Part shown: in pieces, positions 18,068-27,248 of the stretch
Layout: each line of letters starts with the position of its first letter
Numbering within the stretch: position 1 is the first letter of the stretch
Assembly: GCA_041671225.1 (NCBI GenBank)
Contig: JBAZBY010000001.1
Coordinates: 302,940-366,939 of the forward strand
Length of the DNA: 64,000 bases
Direction of reading: 5' to 3'
From: Patescibacteria group bacterium
Lineage (GTDB): Bacteria; Patescibacteriota; Patescibacteriia; JBAZBY01
The notes under the pieces: generated by a model
Told to the model about the DNA's origin: nothing
What the model saw: only the letters and a program-made list of their open reading frames with translations
Databases searched by the model: none
Translations under genes and position numbers: made by a program

Positions 18068-18535
18068 CTATAGTTTTTTCAAATCAGCAATAAGTTGTGT
18101 GTTGTTTGTATAGTGAATGGCCATCATACCAGCAGATGACGCCGCCGAGAGATTTTTTTGTTTATCATCAACATAACAAACGTGCCCTGGCTGCTCATTT
18201 ATTTTTTCCGATACGATGCGGTAGAGCTCCGGATCCGTTTTCTTTTTACCAATCCGCAAGGCTGAATATATATTGAGAAATAGATGGCCAATATGTTTTT
18301 GGACTGCCGGATCATCCTGAATGACTTTTGATGAGAGGATATGCACCGTCCAGGCGTCTTGGTGTGATTCAAGATATGTAATGAGCTCATCATTAAAGGT
18401 AAAGTAGTCCGTAAAGACAAAATTGGGTTTTTCTTTTACCTCGGCGTAACGTTTATTGAGACCCCCGGTGTATGTGGTGTCTTTTGGGAAAAGTAGTGTT
18501 CTGGAGAAATCAAAGATGATAGCGTTTAGTTTCAT
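18068..18535 (-). CDS. HAD-superfamily hydrolase (short, capless-like)
   Basis: IIFDFSRTL, KKKTDPELY, YVDDKQKNLSAASSAGM. Confidence 0.85.
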   Translation of the reverse strand: MKLNAIIFDFSRTLLFPKDTTYTGGLNKRYAEVKEKPNFVFTDYFTFNDELITYLESHQDAWTVHILSSKVIQDDPAVQKHIGHLFLNIYSALRIGKKKTDPELYRIVSEKINEQPGHVCYVDDKQKNLSAASSAGMMAIHYTNNTQLIADLKKL

Positions 18536-18539
18536 AGGA

Positions 18540-19244
18540 CTATTTTCCTGACTTTTTTCCGCTCTTGAGTTTATTAAGTGTTTCCCTGCGTGCGATTGCG
18601 GGGAGGTCGTTCTCGTATTTCTCCACGAAGGTTCGCACGGCCGGTGCATGATAGTGGATGAGTGCTCGCAGAATCCATGAGACTGCTTTTGTCATAATAA
18701 CGTCGCGTTCGTGCATGGTTTTGCGCACAAAACTGAACGCGAGATTTTTCCAACGCGGACTCTTATTATAGCGCACGACCCACGTAAGCGCGACAATAGC
18801 AACGCGCCGCGCCCAGATGTTCTTGGAAGCGATGAGTTTTTTGAGATAGTGCTCTCCGCGTGCAGGATCAGCAAGCACCCACGTACCCAAAGGCACACCA
18901 CAGATGTTGTCAGAGACCGCCCAGTTGTCGATACGCGCGATCCATCGGTTCCATTGTGCCTCGGTGATGCTTGGGATGACGCGGACGTTCTGTGCAAGGA
19001 CGTAGCTTGCGATCAAACGCTCATCAAATGAAGGTGCGCAGTACAACGCGTTCACGAGCGAAAGAACCTCGCGCGCTGAAGCCTGCTGATGCTCCCGCGT
19101 CCACTGGCGTGCAATGCTTCTTTGTGCAGGCGTGGATGCGCCATACATCCTGAGCTTCGTGTGGTTGAAGTAATAGCGGATCGGTTCGCACTTTTTTGGA
19201 TCGCCGCGCAGTGTGAGTTCGCGGCGGATATCGGCGAGGGTCAT
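18540..19244 (-). CDS. DNA alkylation repair protein (AlkD-like HEAT-repeat glycosylase)
   Basis: IDNWAVSD, SKNIWARRVAIV, KAVSWILR. Confidence 0.88.
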   Translation of the reverse strand: MTLADIRRELTLRGDPKKCEPIRYYFNHTKLRMYGASTPAQRSIARQWTREHQQASAREVLSLVNALYCAPSFDERLIASYVLAQNVRVIPSITEAQWNRWIARIDNWAVSDNICGVPLGTWVLADPARGEHYLKKLIASKNIWARRVAIVALTWVVRYNKSPRWKNLAFSFVRKTMHERDVIMTKAVSWILRALIHYHAPAVRTFVEKYENDLPAIARRETLNKLKSGKKSGK

Positions 19245-19320
19245 AGGTTCATCATATCAGACGCATACATGGTATGTCAGTGGCTCTGAAACGGAAAATT
19301 CCGTATAGTACGGAGTATCC

Positions 19321-19854
19321 ATGAGCATTTTCCAATCATTCAATACCCCGCACCATCGCACGTCCTTGCTCTTGTTTGGTGCAGGCATTGTGGTTGCCGT
19401 GCTCTTTCTTCTTATTCCCGGGCTTCATGATACGCTCTTGCGCATCGATCGCCTGGGATACCTGGGAATGTTCATTGCCGGTATTCTGTATTCCAGCGCG
19501 TTCACGTCCGCAACCGCCACCGTGCTGCTCACGCAGGACGCGGTGTCTTTGAACCCTATTTTTGTGGGGTTGATCGGCGCACTCGGCGCGATGAGTTATG
19601 ACGCGGCAGTGTTTCTTTCCGCCCGGGAAGGCTCCCATCACGGACGGATGTTCCAGCTCATGGAGCAGATCCGTTTGCATTTCCACATACCCAGCCATGT
19701 TTCATTGATGGTCGGCGGGCTCATCCTTGCCTCGCCGCTCCCGGACGAACTTGCTGCGGGTTTTCTGGGCGCGATGAGCGGCAGGATCGTTCCGTTCCTT
19801 GTTCTCTCTTTTGCCTGTAATGCCATCGGGATCATGCTGCTCAGCCTTTTGTGA
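19321..19854 (+). CDS. Hypothetical membrane protein (DedA/VTT-like features)
   Basis: Several TM segments; GYLGMFIAGILYSSAFT and ASPLPDE. Confidence 0.65.
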   Translation: MSIFQSFNTPHHRTSLLLFGAGIVVAVLFLLIPGLHDTLLRIDRLGYLGMFIAGILYSSAFTSATATVLLTQDAVSLNPIFVGLIGALGAMSYDAAVFLSAREGSHHGRMFQLMEQIRLHFHIPSHVSLMVGGLILASPLPDELAAGFLGAMSGRIVPFLVLSFACNAIGIMLLSLL

Positions 19855-19875
19855 ACCCCAGAGCTGTTTGCGGTT

Positions 19876-20310
19876 TTATTCTTGCCGCGAATAGAGCCCG
19901 ATGAGCTGCGCATCAGCAATAACATGCGGGGCAATACGCTCCGCGTAGTTTTCTTTTGTGAGTTTCTCAATGGATTCGGTATCCAAGGCGTAGATTTTGA
20001 AGAAGTAGTTATGTTCTCCTGATGGCGGGCATGGTCCTCCCCAAGATGTTTTGCCGAAAGTGTTTTCAATTTCCATGCCCGGCACAGGGACACCTTCGGG
20101 GATCTCGGTCACTGTTGGTGGAATATCTTTTATGATCCAATGAATAAAGTCTCCGCCTGGCGCATCTGGATCTACCACCACAAGCACGTAGCTTTTGGTT
20201 TCTGTTGGTGTATCTCCCCAATGGAGTTGCGGGGCACCCCCTTCGCCATCGCAGGTGTACTTTGATGGGATGCGTTGGCCATCTTCAAAACTTTGACTCG
20301 CAAGAAACAT
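19876..20310 (-). CDS. YbhB/YbcL (PEBP, Raf-kinase-inhibitor-like) protein
   Basis: IPSKYTCDGE, DPDAPGGDFIHW, WGGPCPPSGEHNYFFKIYALD. Confidence 0.93.
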   Translation of the reverse strand: MFLASQSFEDGQRIPSKYTCDGEGGAPQLHWGDTPTETKSYVLVVVDPDAPGGDFIHWIIKDIPPTVTEIPEGVPVPGMEIENTFGKTSWGGPCPPSGEHNYFFKIYALDTESIEKLTKENYAERIAPHVIADAQLIGLYSRQE

Positions 20311-20420
20311 AATGTTGTTGGTTATAGAATCTTCTACCCGAACGTATCTATCATAGCAAACATTCCCTGTCTGCTTACAGGCGGATGACACTGGGGTTGG
20401 CGAGCCCTTCTTTGCGCGGT

Positions 20421-21221
20421 TTACGGATTGGGATGCATCACAATCATCACACGGCGGCCGTTTGCTGGGTCGCCGTTGTTCCAATCGTGAACGGCATTCA
20501 TAAGCACGTCAGGATCATAGCGGTATTCATGTCCTTTGCGCGTGCCAGGGTCGTTGGTGATGATTTCTGTTTCGGTCCAACCCTTCACGACAAGTGCGTG
20601 GTAGAGCGGACCGCTACCAGTGAAGTTTGGGTTGCCAAGCTCACGTCCAGCGGCAAGGAGTAACACTGGCCTGCCCTGTGCCACTTCGCGCTTCACATCA
20701 TTCATCGTGATGTCATAAACAACAGCAACATTCGTGTAACCGTAGTATTCTCGGATCATCGTTGCTGTGTCCTCTGCGTTGGTACTTTTGTAATCACCAA
20801 AGCGTTCGTTTTCAAAATCAACCAGCGCAAGCAGTTCAGCATCTGCGTCCTGCGCATTGGCAAATGGTTTGTTCTCATAGAACCGGTGGATCATAAGCAG
20901 TGACGCTTCTTCACATGTATCTTCATGCACTTCATCCCAGTTGGCAGATGGCGCTTGCGAGGTGAACGGCACATCCAGGTTCATGGTCGCCGGAATCGTT
21001 ACGGGCGCAGTTTCTGCTGCCTCTTCACCAAGCACGTCGCCTTCCTGGGTATTCGGAAGGGTATCCAGTGGCTGTTGTTCCTGTATTGCGTCATAGGTAA
21101 CCGCTTCTGGAACGGCTTCTTCGCCCAGACTATCCAGTGTGTCACGAATCGGTCCACGGAAAGAAAACGCGGTAATGCCGAGTGCAAAAATAACGAGGCT
21201 TGCGATAAAGAATTTTTTCAT
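20421..21221 (-). CDS. Secreted C39-like cysteine peptidase
   Basis: Signal/anchor; LDVPFTSQAP, CEEASLLM, HALVVKGW, ITNDPG. Confidence 0.85.
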   Translation of the reverse strand: MKKFFIASLVIFALGITAFSFRGPIRDTLDSLGEEAVPEAVTYDAIQEQQPLDTLPNTQEGDVLGEEAAETAPVTIPATMNLDVPFTSQAPSANWDEVHEDTCEEASLLMIHRFYENKPFANAQDADAELLALVDFENERFGDYKSTNAEDTATMIREYYGYTNVAVVYDITMNDVKREVAQGRPVLLLAAGRELGNPNFTGSGPLYHALVVKGWTETEIITNDPGTRKGHEYRYDPDVLMNAVHDWNNGDPANGRRVMIVMHPNP

Positions 21222-21277
21222 GAGATATATAAAAGTGGACTGCGTAGACTATCGTAGAATAGTCATTTTGTCAACCC

Positions 21278-22837
21278 TTAACGCCCTGGCAGGAACCGGC
21301 GCAGTACCGCCATATTTTCGTTTTTCATGGCGAATCCAGTGATGAGATAGACGATGGCACCCGTAGGAATCCCAAGGATCATCGTGGCTATAGCGCCACT
21401 GTTCGGGTATTCGATATTTGCCAATGCCGTGCCACGCATAAAGGACGTCAGCAGTCCCATCATTACTGCCATGATCAGGGTTCCAAGAAGTGTTTTCCCC
21501 ATAGCACGCTTCATGATACTGAGATTGAGCTGTGGTATGCGTGAATGGAGGATACCGTAGAGAAGGCAAACTTGCACCGCACTCGCGATGGCAAAACCGA
21601 GCGGCAAGCCTGCCACGCCCATGGAGCGCACGAGAAACATGCCCGTACCAATATTTATCACGCCCATGACGATAGAAACGACCACGGGCGTTTTGGTATC
21701 CAGCTGCGCGTAGAACGCGCGGGTGAAGAGGTGTACGAGGCTTTCGAACGGCACCACGAGGCAGAATGCGCCAAGCGCAAAGGCGGTTTTTTGCACATCC
21801 TCTGCTGTAAAGTCGCCAGTACCGAGCAATACCTGCACAATCTCCCTGCGTAATAAGAAGATGCCAACGCTTGCCGGTAGTACAAAGAAAAAGATTCGCG
21901 AGGACGTTTGTTGGATATTTTCTGTGAAGCTTTTCCAATCCTTCTTCGCGAACATTTCAGAAAGCGTGGGGAAGACAGCCGTTGCCAAGGCAATACCAAA
22001 GAGGCTCACCGGCAAGCTCTGGAGGTTGCGGGAGAACGAGAAGATGGCAATACTGCCCGCTGCGAGAGTTGAGGCGATCGCCGTCCATGCCCAGAGGTTT
22101 GCTTGCCAGGCAACGAGCCCGATCATTCTTGGGATCATCAGCCCAACAATTTTACGAATGGCCGGCTGGAACACATCCAGTATCGGCATGTACCGGAACG
22201 GTGTGTGGATCAGTTCAAACACACGGATAAGCAGGTGCAGGAGAGCACCAAAGAGCGTGCCGAGCACCGCGGCGTAGATCCCGATCGCGTCCGCAAAGAA
22301 AAACGTGCCGGCAACAATGCCAATATTGTAAAACACTGGCGAGAAAGCATAGCCCACGAAGCGCTTCATGGAAACAAGAATGGACCCCAATGCGTTGGAA
22401 AGCATGAAGAGCATGGGGGAGAGCAACATCAGGCGCGAGAGTTGTACCGCGAGCGCGGTTTGTTCCGCGTCAAAACCTGGCGCAATGAGCTGCATGAGCC
22501 ACGGCATGAGCACGAACGCGATGGCCGCAAGCACGAGCATGAGCAATGCCGCGAGGTTCAAGATGGTGCTAGCAAGACGGAATGCTTTCTCCGGTTTTTC
22601 CCGCGCAGCAATGTCCGCAAGTACGGGCATGAGCACGGCTAGCGACACGCCAGCGAACAAGAGGTTCGCAATGAGGTCTGGGATCAAAAAAGCGCTGTTG
22701 TATGCGTCCAGCGTTTCACCTGCGCCAAAGTTTCCGGCAAAGAGCCTGTCACGCCAGAGCCCGAGTAGGTAGCTCAAAAATGACGCAGCGCTCAGGACGA
22801 GCGCGCCGCTGGTGATGGATTGTTTCTTGAGGAACAT
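21278..22837 (-). CDS. murJ: Lipid II flippase MurJ
   Basis: LSYLLGLWRD, DAYNSAFLIPD, LPVSLFGIALATAVFP, RAFYAQLDTKTP. Confidence 0.95.
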   Translation of the reverse strand: MFLKKQSITSGALVLSAASFLSYLLGLWRDRLFAGNFGAGETLDAYNSAFLIPDLIANLLFAGVSLAVLMPVLADIAAREKPEKAFRLASTILNLAALLMLVLAAIAFVLMPWLMQLIAPGFDAEQTALAVQLSRLMLLSPMLFMLSNALGSILVSMKRFVGYAFSPVFYNIGIVAGTFFFADAIGIYAAVLGTLFGALLHLLIRVFELIHTPFRYMPILDVFQPAIRKIVGLMIPRMIGLVAWQANLWAWTAIASTLAAGSIAIFSFSRNLQSLPVSLFGIALATAVFPTLSEMFAKKDWKSFTENIQQTSSRIFFFVLPASVGIFLLRREIVQVLLGTGDFTAEDVQKTAFALGAFCLVVPFESLVHLFTRAFYAQLDTKTPVVVSIVMGVINIGTGMFLVRSMGVAGLPLGFAIASAVQVCLLYGILHSRIPQLNLSIMKRAMGKTLLGTLIMAVMMGLLTSFMRGTALANIEYPNSGAIATMILGIPTGAIVYLITGFAMKNENMAVLRRFLPGR

Positions 22838-22844
22838 GCGCGTA

Positions 22845-24740
22845 TTATCTCACGACCACGCCAGCGTTACCAAAGATGCCCCAGTCACTTTCAAACCGCG
22901 CGCGCGACCAGTAAATTTGTCCGGCAACCGGGTCGTTGATGATGATTTGCGAAGGGTTGTCTTTGCTGCCCATATACCCGATGGCCGTGCGTGCATGTTC
23001 GCCCTTCCATGCATAGATACTTTTTCCTTCAGGCGTGCTCCAGGAATCTTCATACCCACTGCCGTAAATGCCCCACACCACCACGGGGTTGCCTTGTGCG
23101 AGTTCTTGTGTCAGTTGTGTAATGTTCCAGCCCGTGAAGGCCTCAGATGACCCGCGCCAGTGCTTTGCCGCTTTTGCGATCGGGTCCCAATACACGCCAT
23201 AGCCTGTGGTGTTTTGTCTGCCGGCAATGTTGCCCACATACGCAAGGTATGGGTCGCCCCAGGTGCTGCCGCTGTGCGGCGTGGAATCATATCCCACGAT
23301 GTTCATAATATCGGTTTCAGAAACGGACACGCCTTTGCCCGCCAGCGCCATTTTCAGTGCTGCTGCTTCACAAGAAAGGGATTGGTCTTGGAAGTCTATT
23401 GCAATGGGAATTTTGTACACCTCTGGCTCGGTGGCAAAGCGCACACTGTTATCATTTGCCAACGGTTGACCATGCACGCTCGTGACGCCTGCAGCCATAT
23501 GTGCGGTATATGTGACGTTCCGCGTGAGCGCAGGAGAGGGTTGGTATCGGAGTGTATTGCCGTCCCATGAGAAGGCCCCTGGTGCAGACGGTTTAATGGA
23601 AAAATGTGATTCTGCGGACGCATGGTCCACGTCCTGGTCAAACGTAAAAGTGATGGTATTGTTCACGCCCACGCCGCTATTGCCGTCTTGCGGCGATGTA
23701 CGCGTTATTCTTGCAGCACCAATAGTGGTAAAGGAATATACCACGTCTTCTTCCAAAGATCCGCCTACTGCTGTCTCTGCGCCTTTGCTTACTGTGGCAT
23801 CATATGCCGTTGCATACGCAAGGTTTTTTGTTGGCGCAAAGTTCAGTGTCGTACCGTCATCGGAGAGCGTTGTTTCACCCGCAATATCCGGCGTTATGGA
23901 AAAATGTTTCTCCACAGACGCTGCATCCATTGCTGTGCTGAAAATGATAACAATAGCACTGTCCACATGCGCCTGATCGCCATTCGGTTTTACGCTTTTA
24001 ATGTTCGGAGGTGGGGCGGTGGCGAAGTCCACACGTGAGACTTCTTTTGGGTCTTCCCGGTGCACCACTTCATTCGTCTCAATGTGCCGCACCACGCCTG
24101 CGCGGAACGCCGTCAGCGTGTATTCAGTTCCTTGTGCCAGTGGTTTTTTGAACGCGAGCGTGTATGCATCACCCGCTTCATTCATGGTTGTGGTGAATGT
24201 CACATCCGGCTGCATGGCAAAGGTGAATTCTGCAATGTCCGGGTTCGGGATGTTTAAGGAAACCGTAACCGTGGTTTCTGGGGAGATGTCTTTTGCCCCG
24301 TCTTCTGGCGTGATGCTGGCAATATCTGGCAAGGGCTGCGTGGTAAAGCGGTACGCTGTCTCATACACATTTCCTATATGCGCCGCGCTTTGGATGTTGG
24401 CAAGTCTTACCGTGTATTCTGTTTCCGGTGCAAGCGTATGCTGCGGCACAAAGCGCACTGCGCGGAACAGGTGCTTGCCGTACACTGGTTTTTCATAGAC
24501 CCATACGCCCTCTACATCTGGCGTCATGCTGGGTATGAGTATTTTGCGATCTACCGGCCTAGAGAAGGTGAAGAAAATGTCTGGTGTGAGTTCCACCTGT
24601 GCACCATTTTCCGTGGAGGCCATACGTACCTGTGGCGTGAAAAGAAAATCAATTTGCCATGCGAATACAAAAACGAGCACCGCAATAAGTGCGGCTGGGA
24701 TGAGAAATACTTTGCGATGGAGAAACGCAGGGAGCTTCAT
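22845..24740 (-). CDS. Membrane-anchored protein with four Ig-like (Big_5/SbsA-type) repeats and a C-terminal C39-like peptidase
   Basis: Repeated 'P..G...V......I.FS..MD..S.....F.P...L...T.Y' units; FQDQSLSCEAAAL, EHARTAIGY, IINDP. Confidence 0.85.
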   Translation of the reverse strand: MKLPAFLHRKVFLIPAALIAVLVFVFAWQIDFLFTPQVRMASTENGAQVELTPDIFFTFSRPVDRKILIPSMTPDVEGVWVYEKPVYGKHLFRAVRFVPQHTLAPETEYTVRLANIQSAAHIGNVYETAYRFTTQPLPDIASITPEDGAKDISPETTVTVSLNIPNPDIAEFTFAMQPDVTFTTTMNEAGDAYTLAFKKPLAQGTEYTLTAFRAGVVRHIETNEVVHREDPKEVSRVDFATAPPPNIKSVKPNGDQAHVDSAIVIIFSTAMDAASVEKHFSITPDIAGETTLSDDGTTLNFAPTKNLAYATAYDATVSKGAETAVGGSLEEDVVYSFTTIGAARITRTSPQDGNSGVGVNNTITFTFDQDVDHASAESHFSIKPSAPGAFSWDGNTLRYQPSPALTRNVTYTAHMAAGVTSVHGQPLANDNSVRFATEPEVYKIPIAIDFQDQSLSCEAAALKMALAGKGVSVSETDIMNIVGYDSTPHSGSTWGDPYLAYVGNIAGRQNTTGYGVYWDPIAKAAKHWRGSSEAFTGWNITQLTQELAQGNPVVVWGIYGSGYEDSWSTPEGKSIYAWKGEHARTAIGYMGSKDNPSQIIINDPVAGQIYWSRARFESDWGIFGNAGVVVR

Positions 24741-24844
24741 ATATATTTTTATTTTACAACACTATTATAGCACGAAAGAAGGGATGTTTGTCATCCTAAA
24801 ACGGATCATTTACGAGGTCCTAGTTTTCCGTCGTGTGCTGGGCT

Positions 24845-25486
24845 TTACTGTTTGTGGTATGCGATGTATGTATTGAGGACGGAGAAACGGTTATTCGCGC
24901 TGCTTCCCTGCATCGTGTCATAGCCGGCTGGGTAGTGCGCCTGGAAGCCGTGCCCAAAGAGAAGGGTGGTGTCGGTGATCTGGTAGATGTCAAAAATGGT
25001 CTCGCCAAGGTCTAGGTTAAACAGATTGATCTGGCCAGCTTGAGGGATGGTGTACTGGTAGTCGGTCACCGTGGTATCCCCGGCGCCGCAGGTGTGATCA
25101 TAACTTGCCCATCGGGTATGTGTGGCCGTGCCGTCAGTCTGGATGACAAATTGATGTCGCTCCGACCAGGCGCTTCCTTCATCCGGCACCAGGCAATCAG
25201 AAATCCACGTACCAGCCAAGGTATTATTAGTAGCAACACTAGTGTTCGTTCCCTCGTTCGTATTGGCGTTGCCCGCAATGCCGCTGTTGGTGTTCGTGTT
25301 TTTGGCAACACCTTCTCCGGCGGCGGTGATGGCATTTTCCAATTGTGGGCTCATCTCATCATTTTCTCCATCAGAGAAGGAGCGCCAGGTCAGCCATACA
25401 CCTGCGGCGGCTGCTAGCACAACAACCACGACAATAATCGTCGCCACAGGGGAAAGTCCTTGGGCGTTTTTTTCTTCGTTTCTCAT
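24845..25486 (-). CDS. Hypothetical surface protein with a class III (pilin-type) signal-like N-terminus
   Basis: MRNEEKNAQG|LSPVATIIVVVVVL, an Asn/Thr-rich linker, and a two-Cys beta domain (GTWISDC...HTC). Confidence 0.65.
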   Translation of the reverse strand: MRNEEKNAQGLSPVATIIVVVVVLAAAAGVWLTWRSFSDGENDEMSPQLENAITAAGEGVAKNTNTNSGIAGNANTNEGTNTSVATNNTLAGTWISDCLVPDEGSAWSERHQFVIQTDGTATHTRWASYDHTCGAGDTTVTDYQYTIPQAGQINLFNLDLGETIFDIYQITDTTLLFGHGFQAHYPAGYDTMQGSSANNRFSVLNTYIAYHKQ

Positions 25487-25875
25487 ATTGGTTGAATAAA
25501 TTATTCCTCTACGTAACTATAGCATATCCTTGTGTATTTTGGCGGTGTTCCCCCTTTTCTGCGTACACTACTTTTTATCGCAAAACCTTACTCTGTAATG
25601 TGTGCAAGTACTTTTTTATTAATATCTTCCAAAGAGTTCAACACGAGGTCGGCCAGGGAAAGGTCTTGCGTTGGGCATCTTTGCGTTATCTGAATATAAT
25701 ATTGTAACGTGGTTGTACCCAGTCACGTGGACCGCTGCGAACGTACTGTTTGCTCTATTGTTGATTGTGCGGCGTAAGGCTATGAAGGATATGCATTTGG
25801 AGTAGGTCGGTATTTTGGCAAAGACAAAATCGAGCCATCCACGAGGCCCGGGCGTTTGAGTAAGTGATTGGGTTT

Positions 25876-26610
25876 TTAGAATCCGTACGTATCCAAAAAC
25901 TCTCCGATGTATTCATTTGCCTGGGCTATCGCTTCTGGTGAGCGGCGGTAATTATGCTCGGCATCGAGCTCGCGTAATTCTTTTGGTGCTGCGGAAGTAG
26001 CGTATGCCGCGTGTACCTTTTCCGGTTTCACGATTGTATCCTTGGTACCAAAAAGAAAGAGTTTTGGTTTGGTGCAGGTTGCAAGTGCATCACGCACGTT
26101 ATACTGTGCAGCATCTTTGAAGTAGCTCATAGGCAGATCAAAGCGCTTTTGATGTTCCGTATCATTTGGTGGTGTGTCTCGGTATGAGACCTCTACCTCG
26201 TTTTCTTGCCGACCTTCGCCCTTTTTACTCCCACCGGTGTTGGACATCATGGCGATGAAGTGGGTGACGAGCGGATTGCGTGTACCCACGAGCATGGCCA
26301 TCGTGCCGCCGCGGCTGTGGCCAAGCAACAACGTTGGTTTGTTTCCGAAGTATACGATGAGTTCATTGATGGCCGCGAGATAATTCGTCATGGTGTACAA
26401 CTCGATGCCGCCCGGGCTTTCCCACGTGCCCGGCGGGTCAAAAGAAAGCGCAAAGAATCCTCGGTGCGCCAAGAAGTCCACGTGACTTCGCATGTGTGGG
26501 TAGTCTTTGGTATCCAGCCGTCCGGGGAGCACCAGCGCAAGTTTTTCTGCATCAGGGTCGCCCAGTGTGTAGACAGCGAGTGCGTGGTGTGGAGTTTGGA
26601 TGATGTTCAT
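25876..26610 (-). CDS. Alpha/beta-fold hydrolase
   Basis: GHSRGG nucleophile elbow, GTKDTIV (Asp) and AEHNY (His). Confidence 0.9.
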   Translation of the reverse strand: MNIIQTPHHALAVYTLGDPDAEKLALVLPGRLDTKDYPHMRSHVDFLAHRGFFALSFDPPGTWESPGGIELYTMTNYLAAINELIVYFGNKPTLLLGHSRGGTMAMLVGTRNPLVTHFIAMMSNTGGSKKGEGRQENEVEVSYRDTPPNDTEHQKRFDLPMSYFKDAAQYNVRDALATCTKPKLFLFGTKDTIVKPEKVHAAYATSAAPKELRELDAEHNYRRSPEAIAQANEYIGEFLDTYGF

Positions 26611-26673
26611 GTATGGAGTATAACATTAGGATACACATGGGACGCAAAGCAACCCGAGTGAGCGGGGAGGGAC

Positions 26674-26876
26674 TGGTAGCCTCAAGGGGAATGTCGCGTT
26701 GCCCCGCGTCTAGCGGGGCTCCTTGTCCTGGGCAGCGCAGAACACTGCGCAGTCTCGTGTTCTGCGATCGCTCGACTGCGCCGCGCCTGCGGCAAGCGGC
26801 TTGTCTCGCTTCTGCCCGTTCGATTCCATTTCAAATAACCAAAGCCCTGCCGACCACTGCGTGGCCGTCATGACTT
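26674..26876 (-). repeat. 203-bp structured unit ending in a 19-bp duplicate of the tRNA-Glu 3' end
   Basis: TGGTAGCCTCAAGGGGAAT occurs at both 26674-26692 and 26877-26895; several GC-rich hairpins lie between them. Confidence 0.85.
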
Positions 26877-26951
26877 TGGTAGCCTCAAGGGGAATCGAAC
26901 CCCTATTACCAGGATGAAAACCTGGCGTCCTAACCATTAGACGATGAGGCC
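26877..26951 (-). tRNA. tRNA-Glu(TTC)
   Basis: GGCCTCA...CCAGG-TT-TTC-AT-CCTGG...GGTTCGATTCC...TGAGGCT-A-CCA, 75 nt. Confidence 0.97.
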
Positions 26952-27009
26952 ACGCATTTGTAACAGGGCAGAGCGTATCATTTGAAAGAGCCCGCGTCAA
27001 CCTTCACCG

Positions 27010-27156
27010 TTGACACTATACCTGGCGAGTGCTAGGTTGCAGCCATGGTACAACAAATGAACATCACTATTTGGAACACGACCCGTCTTGCCGGGTAGTG
27101 TGTTGTTGTACGCATAAAGAACACGAAGCACTCCCCGACAACGGGGATATTTTTTT
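27010..27156 (+). promoter_or_regulatory. Sigma70 promoter plus leader-peptide transcription attenuator upstream of trpB
   Basis: TTGACA-17-TAGGTT; leader ORF 27045-27098 (MVQQMNITIWNTTRLAG); terminator TCCCCG-ACAA-CGGGGA-TATTTTTTT; a mutually exclusive antiterminator pairing is present. Confidence 0.75.
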
Positions 27157-27248
27157 ATGGCTTATTTTGTTTTTCAGAATCGTTGCACGGAACGTTGGCG
27201 AAAAGCTCTCTGATCGCAGTTCTTCTTTTATTCTTCATTATCATTCCA

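Noticed and set aside
14388-26692. Large genomic island integrated at tRNA-Glu
   Set aside because: The only duplicate of the tRNA 3' end seen is 203 bp away; there is no integrase, and the span includes a core gene (murJ).
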